Assembly (NCBI GenBank): GCA_001784285.1
Contig: MFQC01000003.1
Location: 18,151 to 82,150 of the forward strand
Direction of reading: 5' to 3'
Length of the DNA: 64,000 nucleotides
Source: Candidatus Magasanikbacteria bacterium RIFCSPHIGHO2_02_FULL_48_18
GTDB lineage: Bacteria > Patescibacteriota > Patescibacteriia > Magasanikbacterales > UBA922
The notes under the pieces were generated by a model that saw only the letters and a list, made by a program, of their open reading frames with translations, had not been told where the DNA came from and searched no databases. Made by a program: the position numbers and the translations under genes. Shown here piece after piece: positions 38,117-46,637 of this stretch (the stretch's first letter is position 1; every line of letters starts with the position of its first letter).

Positions 38117-39052
38117 ATGAAAAAACAAAATACAGAAGATTTTCCCAGACAAAGAGGATGGGGGATGGTGGCAGAGGACGGCTCGGAAATTTGGGACGCA
38201 GAGCCGGTTTTTGCTGGTTCTTTTTTTGGTTTTTGGCAAAAACAAAAGCTCATTTTTTATCCAAAAAAATTTGTTCTCTATCGGGCCATTGAAAAACATA
38301 TTCGTCATCTCCAAAAGCGCTATGCCACGATTGAAGGAGGAAATTTATATATTCCCAAAATTCTCGATCTTGGCTGTGGCACCGGCGCGACCGTGATTGA
38401 TTTCAAAAAAATGTTTGGCCGGCGCGTGGACGTGATTGGTCTTGACATCGTCCACCTCCAAATTGACCTTGCGCAAAAAAAGATGCGGCGTTACGGCGTG
38501 TGGACCGATGTCCGTTATTTTGATGGCCGACATCTGCCGTTTGATAATCAAACTATTGATGTGGTCTATACATCCGATGTTTTAGGCCATGTGCAGGATG
38601 TGCCGGCATGGCTGTCTGAAATTGCCCGGGTATTGCGTCCGGGCGGTCTTCTCGCGATGTTTGCGGAATCAAAATTGGGCAAGCACGCGTATCTTCGGAA
38701 TTATTTTTTGAAACATGGATTGAACACGGATCCGCATTACGCATTTCATGTTTCTCTTTTTTCCAAAGCAACCCTTCGAGAAATGCTTGAACAAACCGAT
38801 TTTGAAATTCTCGCCATGTATAGCACGGTATGGGCAAAATTTTTGGTTCATCCGGATGAGCTCTACCCGGCGCTTCACGCACAGAAGAAGTTTTTGATTT
38901 TTCGCTGGATAAATTTTATGCTGTATTGGCTGAAAAAAATAACGCATCCCGTTTCTACTGCTCTGTCGGAACTTTATAGCTTTGTCGAAATGCTGACGGT
39001 TGGGCGCTTTATTGAAAGCCAGGGGTATGTGATCGTGGCGAAGAAAAAGTAA
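38117..39052 (+). CDS. Class I SAM-dependent methyltransferase
   Basis: Motif I ILDLGCGTGATVIDF, acidic loop VIGLDI and motif III LRPGGLL. Confidence 0.75.
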   Translation: MKKQNTEDFPRQRGWGMVAEDGSEIWDAEPVFAGSFFGFWQKQKLIFYPKKFVLYRAIEKHIRHLQKRYATIEGGNLYIPKILDLGCGTGATVIDFKKMFGRRVDVIGLDIVHLQIDLAQKKMRRYGVWTDVRYFDGRHLPFDNQTIDVVYTSDVLGHVQDVPAWLSEIARVLRPGGLLAMFAESKLGKHAYLRNYFLKHGLNTDPHYAFHVSLFSKATLREMLEQTDFEILAMYSTVWAKFLVHPDELYPALHAQKKFLIFRWINFMLYWLKKITHPVSTALSELYSFVEMLTVGRFIESQGYVIVAKKK

Positions 39053-39069
39053 TTGTTTCTTCTCTGCCG

Positions 39070-39097
39070 TTGACTTTTTGACTTTTTAGGGTATACT
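39070..39097 (+). promoter_or_regulatory. Candidate hppA promoter (TTGACT-N16-TATACT)
   Basis: TTGACT at 39070-39075, 16-nt spacer, TATACT at 39092-39097, about 50 nt upstream of the hppA ATG. Confidence 0.4.
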
Positions 39098-39147
39098 TTC
39101 GATCAGTATTTTTTTATTATTCTTTATTTTTAAATAGGAATCACCGT

Positions 39148-41133
39148 ATGAATATTGTCCTCACCATTGTGCCGGCGGCGCTTGCCATTATTTATGGAGG
39201 ATTTTTGATTCAATGGATTCGCAAACAGCCATCCGGCGACCAAAAAATGCAGGATATTGCAGGAGCCATACAACAAGGCGCTCGCGCGTATCTTCGGAGA
39301 CAATACAAAACCATTGGCGTTGTTGCCATTATTATTTTTCTGGTGTTGTGGATATTATTGAATCTTTCGACCGGTATTGGATTTTTGATTGGCGCGATCT
39401 TTTCCGGTCTTGCCGGCTATCTCGGCATGAGCATTTCCGTTCAGGCCAATGTTCGGACCGCCGAAGCGGCAAAAGGAGGGCTTGCAAAAGCGCTGGCTAT
39501 GGCCGTAAAGGGGGGTTCTGTGACAGGATTATTGGTGGTCGGCCTTGGGCTTCTCGGCGTTGCCGGGTTTTATCTGATATTTACCGATGTTGATGCCCTT
39601 ATTGGTCTTGCGTTTGGGGGGAGCCTTATTTCTATTTTTGCGAGAATCGGCGGCGGTATTTTTACCAAAGCGGCAGATGTCGGCGCGGATTTGGTGGGAA
39701 AAGTCGAGGCAGGCATTCCGGAAGACGATCCGAGGAATCCCGGCGTTATCGCGGACAATGTGGGAGACAACGTTGGCGACTGCGCGGGGATGGCCGCCGA
39801 CTTGTTTGAAACATATGCCGTAACGGCGGTTGCCGCGGTGGTTCTTGGCGCTCTTTCGTTTCAAAATACCGAGGCCGCGGTATTTTATCCGCTCGTTATT
39901 GGCGGTGTTTCCATTCTTGCGTCGATCGCAGGGACATTTTTTATCCGACTTTCAAAAAACAACAATATTATGGGCGCGCTCTACAAAGGATTGGCCGCAA
40001 CGGCCATTCTTTCGTTGGTTGCATTTTATTTTGTCACTCGTTATTTTGCGCCGCTATTAAAACTCACCGTGAGTGATTTGTTTTTGAGCGCGCTTGTCGG
40101 CGTGGTCCTAACTACGCTCATGGTGTGGATTACCGAATATTACACATCAACAAAATACAAACCCGTCCGGCAAATTGCAAAATCCAGCGAAACCGGCCAT
40201 GGAACCAACGTCATTGCCGGTCTTGCGTTGTCCATGCGCGCAACCGCCTTACCCGTTATTATCATCGCGTTTGGCATGCTTGCCGCATATAATTTTTCCG
40301 GGCTCTATGGAATTGCCATTGCCGCGATGGCTATGCTGTCCTTAACCGGAATTATTGTGACGATTGACGCCTACGGTCCCATTACCGACAATGCGGGAGG
40401 TATTGCCGAAATGGCAGGACTCGACGAACATGTCCGCGCGGTCACTGATCCGCTTGATGCGGTCGGCAATACAACCAAAGCCGTTACGAAAGGATATGCC
40501 ATTGCAAGCGCCGGGCTTGCCGCCTTAGTTTTATTTGGGGACTACGCGCACAAATTGACCGAAGAAGGCATTGAAACTTTTTTTTTGATTAGCGACCCCA
40601 AAGTGTTGGTTGGTTTGTTTATTGGCGGGCTCATGCCGTACTTGTTTGGATCCTATCTTATGGAGTCGGTTGGAAAAGTGGCACAAAGCGTGGTCAAAGA
40701 AGTGCGTCGGCAATTTCATGAAATAAAAGGAATTATGGAGGGAACCACCAAACCTGATTATGCGAGATGCGTTGATATTGTGACCAAAGGGGCTATTGGA
40801 CAGATGATTTTGCCCGCGCTTATTCCCGTGGTCTTTCCTATTGTTGTCGGCTTGTGGCTCGGTCCTGCCGCCCTCGGCGGGCTTCTTGTTGGGACAATCG
40901 TGACCGGGCTGTTTGTCGCCATTTCCATGACCGCGGGAGGCGGCGCGTGGGACAATGCCAAAAAATATATTGAAAATGGCCATCATGGCGGAAAGGGAAG
41001 TCCTGCACATAAGGCCGCGGTGACCGGAGATACGGTGGGCGATCCGTACAAAGATACCGCCGGGCCGGCGATTAACCCAATGATTAAAGTGGCAAATATT
41101 GTGGCGTTATTGATTGTTGGTTTGTTGAAGTAA
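39148..41133 (+). CDS. hppA: Membrane-bound proton/sodium-translocating pyrophosphatase
   Basis: 661 aa and about 16 TM helices. Conserved [20 protein letters not shown] and [21 protein letters not shown] motifs. Confidence 0.95.
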   Translation: MNIVLTIVPAALAIIYGGFLIQWIRKQPSGDQKMQDIAGAIQQGARAYLRRQYKTIGVVAIIIFLVLWILLNLSTGIGFLIGAIFSGLAGYLGMSISVQANVRTAEAAKGGLAKALAMAVKGGSVTGLLVVGLGLLGVAGFYLIFTDVDALIGLAFGGSLISIFARIGGGIFTKAADVGADLVGKVEAGIPEDDPRNPGVIADNVGDNVGDCAGMAADLFETYAVTAVAAVVLGALSFQNTEAAVFYPLVIGGVSILASIAGTFFIRLSKNNNIMGALYKGLAATAILSLVAFYFVTRYFAPLLKLTVSDLFLSALVGVVLTTLMVWITEYYTSTKYKPVRQIAKSSETGHGTNVIAGLALSMRATALPVIIIAFGMLAAYNFSGLYGIAIAAMAMLSLTGIIVTIDAYGPITDNAGGIAEMAGLDEHVRAVTDPLDAVGNTTKAVTKGYAIASAGLAALVLFGDYAHKLTEEGIETFFLISDPKVLVGLFIGGLMPYLFGSYLMESVGKVAQSVVKEVRRQFHEIKGIMEGTTKPDYARCVDIVTKGAIGQMILPALIPVVFPIVVGLWLGPAALGGLLVGTIVTGLFVAISMTAGGGAWDNAKKYIENGHHGGKGSPAHKAAVTGDTVGDPYKDTAGPAINPMIKVANIVALLIVGLLK

Positions 41134-41157
41134 TGAAATAACACTGCATAAAATTCA

Positions 41158-41186
41158 TTGACCTTTTCTTCTTTTTTCTTTATACT
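41158..41186 (+). promoter_or_regulatory. Candidate infB promoter (TTGACC-N17-TATACT)
   Basis: TTGACC at 41158-41163, 17-nt pyrimidine-rich spacer, TATACT at 41181-41186. Confidence 0.4.
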
Positions 41187-41246
41187 CACCTCACTTGTTC
41201 CTCCACTGAGCCACTCATGGTTGGAAAATTTTTTTCTTTTTGCATG

Positions 41247-43274
41247 AACGTTTCAGAACTTGCGCGACAACTTCACGTCAATACCAAACAGCTCCTTGAA
41301 ATTTTACCGGGGTATGGCTTTGATATTGGCGCAAAAGCGATTAAAATTGATGACCGGACCGCGCAACAGGTAATGCGAAAATGGAAATTTATCAAAAGGG
41401 AACTGGAAGAAAAGCGTCTCGCTGAGTTGGAAGAACAAAAGAAAAAAGAACGCGAACTTCGAAAAGAAAGCGGCGTAGGCATTGTACTGCCCCAATTGAT
41501 CACGGTTCGAGAGTTCGCAGAGAAAATGAACATGCCGGTGACCCAGCTTATTGGGGAATTGATGAAAAATGGTATTTTGGCTAATCAAAATCAAAATATT
41601 GATTATGATACGGCCGGAATTATCGCAGAGGATCTGGGTTTTTCTGTTCAAAGGCAGGCGGGAAATATCGGGGAAAACATAAAAGAACAAAAAAAGACGG
41701 AAGCGCTGGAAGAAGCGCTCGGCAAGGGCGACGCGCTTGAACAGCGGCCGCCGGTTGTCGTTGTTATGGGTCATGTGGACCATGGGAAAACAAAATTGCT
41801 GGACACGATTCGTCAGGCGCATATTATTGATACCGAGTCGGGAGGCATCACGCAACACATTGGCGCATATCAGACGATTTGGAAGGACCCAAAAACCGGT
41901 GAAGAACGCCAACTTTCCTTTATTGACACTCCCGGCCATGAAGCGTTTACCGTCATGCGAAGCCGCGGCGCCAAAGTCGCTGACATTGGCATTTTGGTTG
42001 TTGCCGCGGACGATGGCGTCAAGCCCCAGACGGAAGAAGTGATCCAAATTTTAAAGGCGGCAAAACTGCCCTTTGTCGTGGCCATCAATAAAATTGATAA
42101 AGAAACCGCCGATGTCCAGCGCGTCAAAACAGAATTGTCGCAACACAACATTATTCCCGAAGAATGGGGCGGCAATGTCCCCATGGTCGAAATATCGGCG
42201 AAAGCCAACACCAACATCGACAAGTTGCTGGATGTTTTGCTGTTGGTTTCGGACATGCACGCTGAAGATATTCAAGCCGATTCTACCATTCCGGCCATTG
42301 GCACCATTATTGAGTCGCACGTGGACAAGGGGATGGGGCCGGTTGCAACCGTATTGGTGCAGGCAGGCACCCTCCGTAAGGGCGATCCCTTAGTGGTGAA
42401 CGGTGAAATTTATGGAAAAATTCGGGCAATGAAAAATTATCTCGGAGCGTCGCTTGAAATAGCGACTCCTTCAACGCCGGTTCAGATTATTGGGTTTAAG
42501 GTGGCGCCAGAAGTGGGAGATGTTATGGATTTGAGCAAGGAAAGCCAGGCACAAAAAATTGACATTAAACAAAAGAAATCCCTCCAAACAGGAGCGGAAA
42601 AACAAACAATTTTGGACGCAAAATCAGACGACGATGAAGAAAAAGGCAAAAACACCCTTAATGTACTTATTAAAACCGACGTGTTGGGGTCGCTTGAAGC
42701 CATTGTAGGATCATTGCAAAAAATCAGACACGACGAGGTCGGTGTAAAAATCATCGGGAAAGGGCTGGGAAATATCACCGAAGACGACGTGCACAAAGCG
42801 CAAGCCGGGGAAGGAACAATTGTCGGATTTAAAGTAAAAGCCACGCCGGTTGCCGAAGAAAGCATGCGAGAAAACGATATCCGTTTTTTGCAGTATGATG
42901 TGATTTACGATCTCATCAACTGGGTAAAGGATGAGCTGGAAAAATTGTTGGATGTTGAAAAAATTGTTACCGAGCTTGGCGTGCTAAAAGTTCTTGCGGT
43001 GTTTCGTACGGATAAAAAGGCGATGACCGTTGGAGGACGGGTTGAATCTGGAAAAATTCTTGAAGGCTCGCTTGCAAGAGTCAAGAGAAAAGGAGAATAT
43101 GTCGGCCAGGGAAAAATTGTCGAATGCCAGATAGGAAAACAAAAAATGAAAGAAGTGGCGGGGGGCACTGAATGCGGCATTCGTTTTGAAGGAAAGACAA
43201 AAATAGAAACTAACGACGTTATTGAATCGTACAGTGAAGAATCAAAAGTAAGAAAAATTGAATTTTTGAAATAA
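41247..43274 (+). CDS. infB: Translation initiation factor IF-2
   Basis: IF2_N-like start MNVSELARQLHVNTKQLLEIL, G-domain GHVDHGKTKLLDTIR, DTPGHEAF and NKIDK. C-terminal beta-barrels. ATG 41247 is preferred over the track start 41217. Confidence 0.9.
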   Translation, partial: NVSELARQLHVNTKQLLEILPGYGFDIGAKAIKIDDRTAQQVMRKWKFIKRELEEKRLAELEEQKKKERELRKESGVGIVLPQLITVREFAEKMNMPVTQLIGELMKNGILANQNQNIDYDTAGIIAEDLGFSVQRQAGNIGENIKEQKKTEALEEALGKGDALEQRPPVVVVMGHVDHGKTKLLDTIRQAHIIDTESGGITQHIGAYQTIWKDPKTGEERQLSFIDTPGHEAFTVMRSRGAKVADIGILVVAADDGVKPQTEEVIQILKAAKLPFVVAINKIDKETADVQRVKTELSQHNIIPEEWGGNVPMVEISAKANTNIDKLLDVLLLVSDMHAEDIQADSTIPAIGTIIESHVDKGMGPVATVLVQAGTLRKGDPLVVNGEIYGKIRAMKNYLGASLEIATPSTPVQIIGFKVAPEVGDVMDLSKESQAQKIDIKQKKSLQTGAEKQTILDAKSDDDEEKGKNTLNVLIKTDVLGSLEAIVGSLQKIRHDEVGVKIIGKGLGNITEDDVHKAQAGEGTIVGFKVKATPVAEESMRENDIRFLQYDVIYDLINWVKDELEKLLDVEKIVTELGVLKVLAVFRTDKKAMTVGGRVESGKILEGSLARVKRKGEYVGQGKIVECQIGKQKMKEVAGGTECGIRFEGKTKIETNDVIESYSEESKVRKIEFLK

Positions 43275-44035
43275 TGCGTTCTATGTTTTCATCCGAGGCT
43301 GAAAAAATACATGACGTAGAGCTCTCTCAATTGAGAGACGTTCAATCCAATCCGTATATTGTTGATCAAGAGGCGTCTTCTCACTCGGGTGATCATGAAG
43401 AAGATCCGCCGGATCTCTTTACCGGCGAGCGCAAAGCGACGCTTTTGGGCGGCGCTCAAGCCCGCGTGGAACGTGTCTCCAAAGAAAGTATCGTCGGCGG
43501 CGTGCGATTTAGCTTTGATGACGAGGTTCCAAAATCTCCAGAAAGCAAAACGACCGATGATGAGGACGCGGACGGACCGGAAAACCATGCGGTGGTTGAA
43601 GAAAATCTGCTTGAAGGCGAGATAATGAAGCGGTCGCTCATTGAACAGTTGGAAGCTATTTTCCGCGCGTATGGCAAAGATGTTTTTATGCTTCGAAAAA
43701 TTGGTGAAGATAATTCTGAGGGTCTCGAGGCGGAAGAAGGCATAGATCCGCGACAAATCGGGAATGAGGTCAATTTGGACGCGGCGATTTTTGTGATTGA
43801 CGCCAGCGATGGAGAAAAAATGGCGGCATTATTTGAGAATCCTCCGGCTGTTTCCGGGCTTGATATGGCAGGGAATTTTGATATTGAGCCGTGGAATTAT
43901 TTGCATAATGATGGATTTGTTGTAAGATATCGTCTGCCGGATAGCGACAAAATCGCGGAAATGCGGTTTTTGTATCAGCAAGATGAGAATGTCCGAAGTT
44001 TGGAAGCGTTTCGTACTCTCAAACGTAAAGAATAA
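43274..44035 (+). CDS. Acidic hypothetical protein (253 aa) at the position usually occupied by rbfA
   Basis: ATG overlaps the infB stop (taATG). Very D/E-rich N-terminal two-thirds and a more ordered C-terminal about 90 aa. No RbfA/KH signature recognised. Confidence 0.4.
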   Translation: MRSMFSSEAEKIHDVELSQLRDVQSNPYIVDQEASSHSGDHEEDPPDLFTGERKATLLGGAQARVERVSKESIVGGVRFSFDDEVPKSPESKTTDDEDADGPENHAVVEENLLEGEIMKRSLIEQLEAIFRAYGKDVFMLRKIGEDNSEGLEAEEGIDPRQIGNEVNLDAAIFVIDASDGEKMAALFENPPAVSGLDMAGNFDIEPWNYLHNDGFVVRYRLPDSDKIAEMRFLYQQDENVRSLEAFRTLKRKE

Positions 44036-44056
44036 ATATTTTTTAATTTTTTTCCT

Positions 44057-44380
44057 ATGTCCGAAGCAACATTCACCGATCAAAATTTTGAACAAGAAGT
44101 GTTACAATCGGCTGTGCCGGTGTTTGTTGATTTTTGGGCGCCATGGTGCGGGCCATGCCAGATGATGGGGCCTATCGTTGAAGCATTGGCAGGGGAGTAT
44201 GACAGCGGAAAAATAAAGATTGGAAAGTTGAATGTGGATGAAAATCAAGAAATTGCAGGCAAATATCAAATTATGAGCATTCCCACATTTCTCATATTCA
44301 AAAATGGAGAAAAAGCGGATCAGTTGGTTGGCGGGGTGAGCAAGGAAAAAATGAAGGAATTTATTGATAAGAACATTTAA
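44057..44380 (+). CDS. trxA: Thioredoxin
   Basis: WAPWCGPCQMMGP active site and overall thioredoxin-fold sequence. Confidence 0.95.
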   Translation: MSEATFTDQNFEQEVLQSAVPVFVDFWAPWCGPCQMMGPIVEALAGEYDSGKIKIGKLNVDENQEIAGKYQIMSIPTFLIFKNGEKADQLVGGVSKEKMKEFIDKNI

Positions 44381-44411
44381 AATTGTCTTCGACCAATGTG
44401 AGTATAAAAAC

Positions 44412-44445
44412 AGCCGGCTTCCGCGCCGGTGTTTTTATACTTTGG
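44412..44445. terminator. Rho-independent terminator downstream of trxA
   Basis: ataaaaacaGCCGGcttccgcGCCGGtgtttttatac, a GC stem flanked by an A-run and a T-run. Confidence 0.5.
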
Positions 44446-44484
44446 AGTTCTCAAAACTTCCAGGCTTCGAACTGTTACCTTCAC

Positions 44485-44514
44485 TTGACGCCCGCCTCTC
44501 TTAGGGCGTAAAAT
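44485..44514 (+). promoter_or_regulatory. Candidate gdhA promoter (TTGACG-N18-TAAAAT) with inverted repeat in the spacer
   Basis: TTGACG at 44485-44490, TAAAAT at 44509-44514. The spacer contains ACGCCC...GGGCGT. Confidence 0.4.
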
Positions 44515-44547
44515 AGCAATACTTTTGTCATTTTTTTTTCTTTTTTT

Positions 44548-45786
44548 ATGAACAATCCCTTCGCAAACGCGATGACCCAGCTCGACAAGGCGGCAACCAT
44601 TATGAAGCTTGACCGATCGGTCCATGAGATATTGCGTCAGCCAAAGCGCGTTCTTACCGTTTCTATCCCTGTGAGAATGGATGATGGGTCAATGAAAGTT
44701 TTTACCGGATTTCGAAGCCAATACACAGATGCCCTCGGTCCGTTTAAGGGTGGTATTCGCTATCATTGGAATGTGACGCTTGACGAAGTCAAAGCATTGT
44801 CTTTTTGGATGGCTCTCAAATGCGCCACTGTCGGTATTCCTCTTGGCGGAGGAAAAGGGGGTATTATTGTCAATCCAAAGGAACTCTCCGAAGGAGAATT
44901 GGAGCGTTTGTCTCGAGGATATATTCAAAAAATATATAAATATATCGGCCCAACGCAAGATGTCCCGGCGCCGGATGTATATACTACCCCAAAGATTATG
45001 GCCTGGATGCTCGATGAGTATGAAAAACTCGTTGGCGAGCATGCCCCGGGTGTTATTACCGGGAAACCGTTGTCTGTCGGCGGGTCCCAAGGCAGGGGCT
45101 TTTCCACGGCTCAGGGCGGCGTGTACGTGTTGAGAGAAGCGGTGAAGAAAAAAAACATGGTCCCTTCCGAAACATCCGTTGCCATTCAAGGTTTTGGGAA
45201 TGCCGGGAGCTTTATGGCAAAAATTTTGGCAAAAGAAGGGTATCGAATTGTTGCGGTCACCGATTCTCAAGGGGGTGCGATGAATAGAAGTGGATTGCAT
45301 ATTTCGGAATTGGAAGCGTACAAACGCGAACGCGGGACAGTGCTTGGAGCGCCGGCAACCGAACCAATTTCAAACGATGATATCCTCACGCTTGACGCGG
45401 ATGTGGTGGTTCCGGCCGCGCTCGAGAATGTGATTACTGCCACCAACGCTCCGATGATAAAAGCAAAAATTATTCTCGAACTGGCGAACGGTCCGGTCAC
45501 CCCGGAAGCAGATGAGATATTGCATAAGAATGGCGTGTTGTTTGTTCCGGATATTTTATCAAATGCCGGCGGAGTCACCGTGAGTTATTTTGAACAGGTG
45601 CAAAATGCCTACAACCACTATTGGACCGAAGAACAGGTACTCAAAAAATTGGAGGCGATCATGGTTGCCGCCTTTTCAGCGGTGTGGGAAACAAAAGAAA
45701 AACACAATATTGATATGAGAACAGCCGCCTTTGTTCTCGCGGTTGGAAGAATCGCGGAAGGGCTCCTTGCTCGCGGGTTGGTATAA
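44548..45786 (+). CDS. gdhA: Glutamate dehydrogenase (Glu/Leu/Phe/Val dehydrogenase family)
   Basis: Catalytic-lysine region KGGIRYHWNVTLDEVKALSFWMALKCATVGIPLGGGKGG and NAD(P) Rossmann motif GFGNAGS. Confidence 0.95.
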   Translation: MNNPFANAMTQLDKAATIMKLDRSVHEILRQPKRVLTVSIPVRMDDGSMKVFTGFRSQYTDALGPFKGGIRYHWNVTLDEVKALSFWMALKCATVGIPLGGGKGGIIVNPKELSEGELERLSRGYIQKIYKYIGPTQDVPAPDVYTTPKIMAWMLDEYEKLVGEHAPGVITGKPLSVGGSQGRGFSTAQGGVYVLREAVKKKNMVPSETSVAIQGFGNAGSFMAKILAKEGYRIVAVTDSQGGAMNRSGLHISELEAYKRERGTVLGAPATEPISNDDILTLDADVVVPAALENVITATNAPMIKAKIILELANGPVTPEADEILHKNGVLFVPDILSNAGGVTVSYFEQVQNAYNHYWTEEQVLKKLEAIMVAAFSAVWETKEKHNIDMRTAAFVLAVGRIAEGLLARGLV

Positions 45787-45839
45787 ACAGGTTTTAAGGA
45801 GGGCCACATCGTTTTTTATGCTCTCCGTATTATGTTGGT

Positions 45840-46616
45840 ATGCAAGAATTTATTGAGACACTTCTGAAAGAAGCCGGAGACATGGCAAAAGCCTATTTTT
45901 ATAAAGGCGTAACGCACAAAACAAAGTCGAATTTGGCGGATTTGCTGACAGAGGCCGATCTCGCGGTAAGTGATTTTTTAGTACGCAAAATTCACGAGGC
46001 TTATCCGGATGATCATATTCACAGCGAAGAAATGGAGAAGGATATCAATCCCGGGAGTTTTCGAGAGTGGGTGATTGATCCTATTGATGGAACGCTCAAT
46101 TTTGCAAAAGGCATTCCCTCTTGGTGCCATCTTTTGGCGGTGGTCGAGGATAAAGAGACGCTGTATGGAGCCGCGTATCACCCCATTGCGCAGGAATTTT
46201 TCTTTGGAGAAAAAAACCATGGCGCAACGATGAATCGGATGCCAATTCGGGTGAGCCAAAAAGATTCATTTGATTTTGCTATTGGCCATGGCGCGCGATT
46301 TCCTACTGAGGACGCTGTGTACGGCACGCATATTGAACAATTTAAAGAATATTTCCGCCGGCTCAATCTCAATACCAATGTGTGGATACAGCATCATGGA
46401 TCTATGATCGGCGCGTGTTATGTGGCAAGCGGAGGATTGGATTTTTTTCTTCAAAACGCCGGGTTGGATCACGATTATCTCGCGCCGGCGCTTCTGTGTG
46501 AAGAAGCAGGCGCAGTGGTTACTGATAGCGAAGGCAACCCGTGGAAAAGGGGGAGACAAGATATTGTTATTGCAAACCCGACGCTTCATAAAAAACTCAT
46601 GGCGTTATTCGCGTAA
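45840..46616 (+). CDS. suhB: Inositol monophosphatase/SuhB-family phosphatase
   Basis: WVIDPIDGTLNF (DPIDGT) metal-binding motif and the overall IMPase fold. Confidence 0.85.
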   Translation: MQEFIETLLKEAGDMAKAYFYKGVTHKTKSNLADLLTEADLAVSDFLVRKIHEAYPDDHIHSEEMEKDINPGSFREWVIDPIDGTLNFAKGIPSWCHLLAVVEDKETLYGAAYHPIAQEFFFGEKNHGATMNRMPIRVSQKDSFDFAIGHGARFPTEDAVYGTHIEQFKEYFRRLNLNTNVWIQHHGSMIGACYVASGGLDFFLQNAGLDHDYLAPALLCEEAGAVVTDSEGNPWKRGRQDIVIANPTLHKKLMALFA

Positions 46617-46637
46617 ATTTAAAGGAAATCAATCGGT

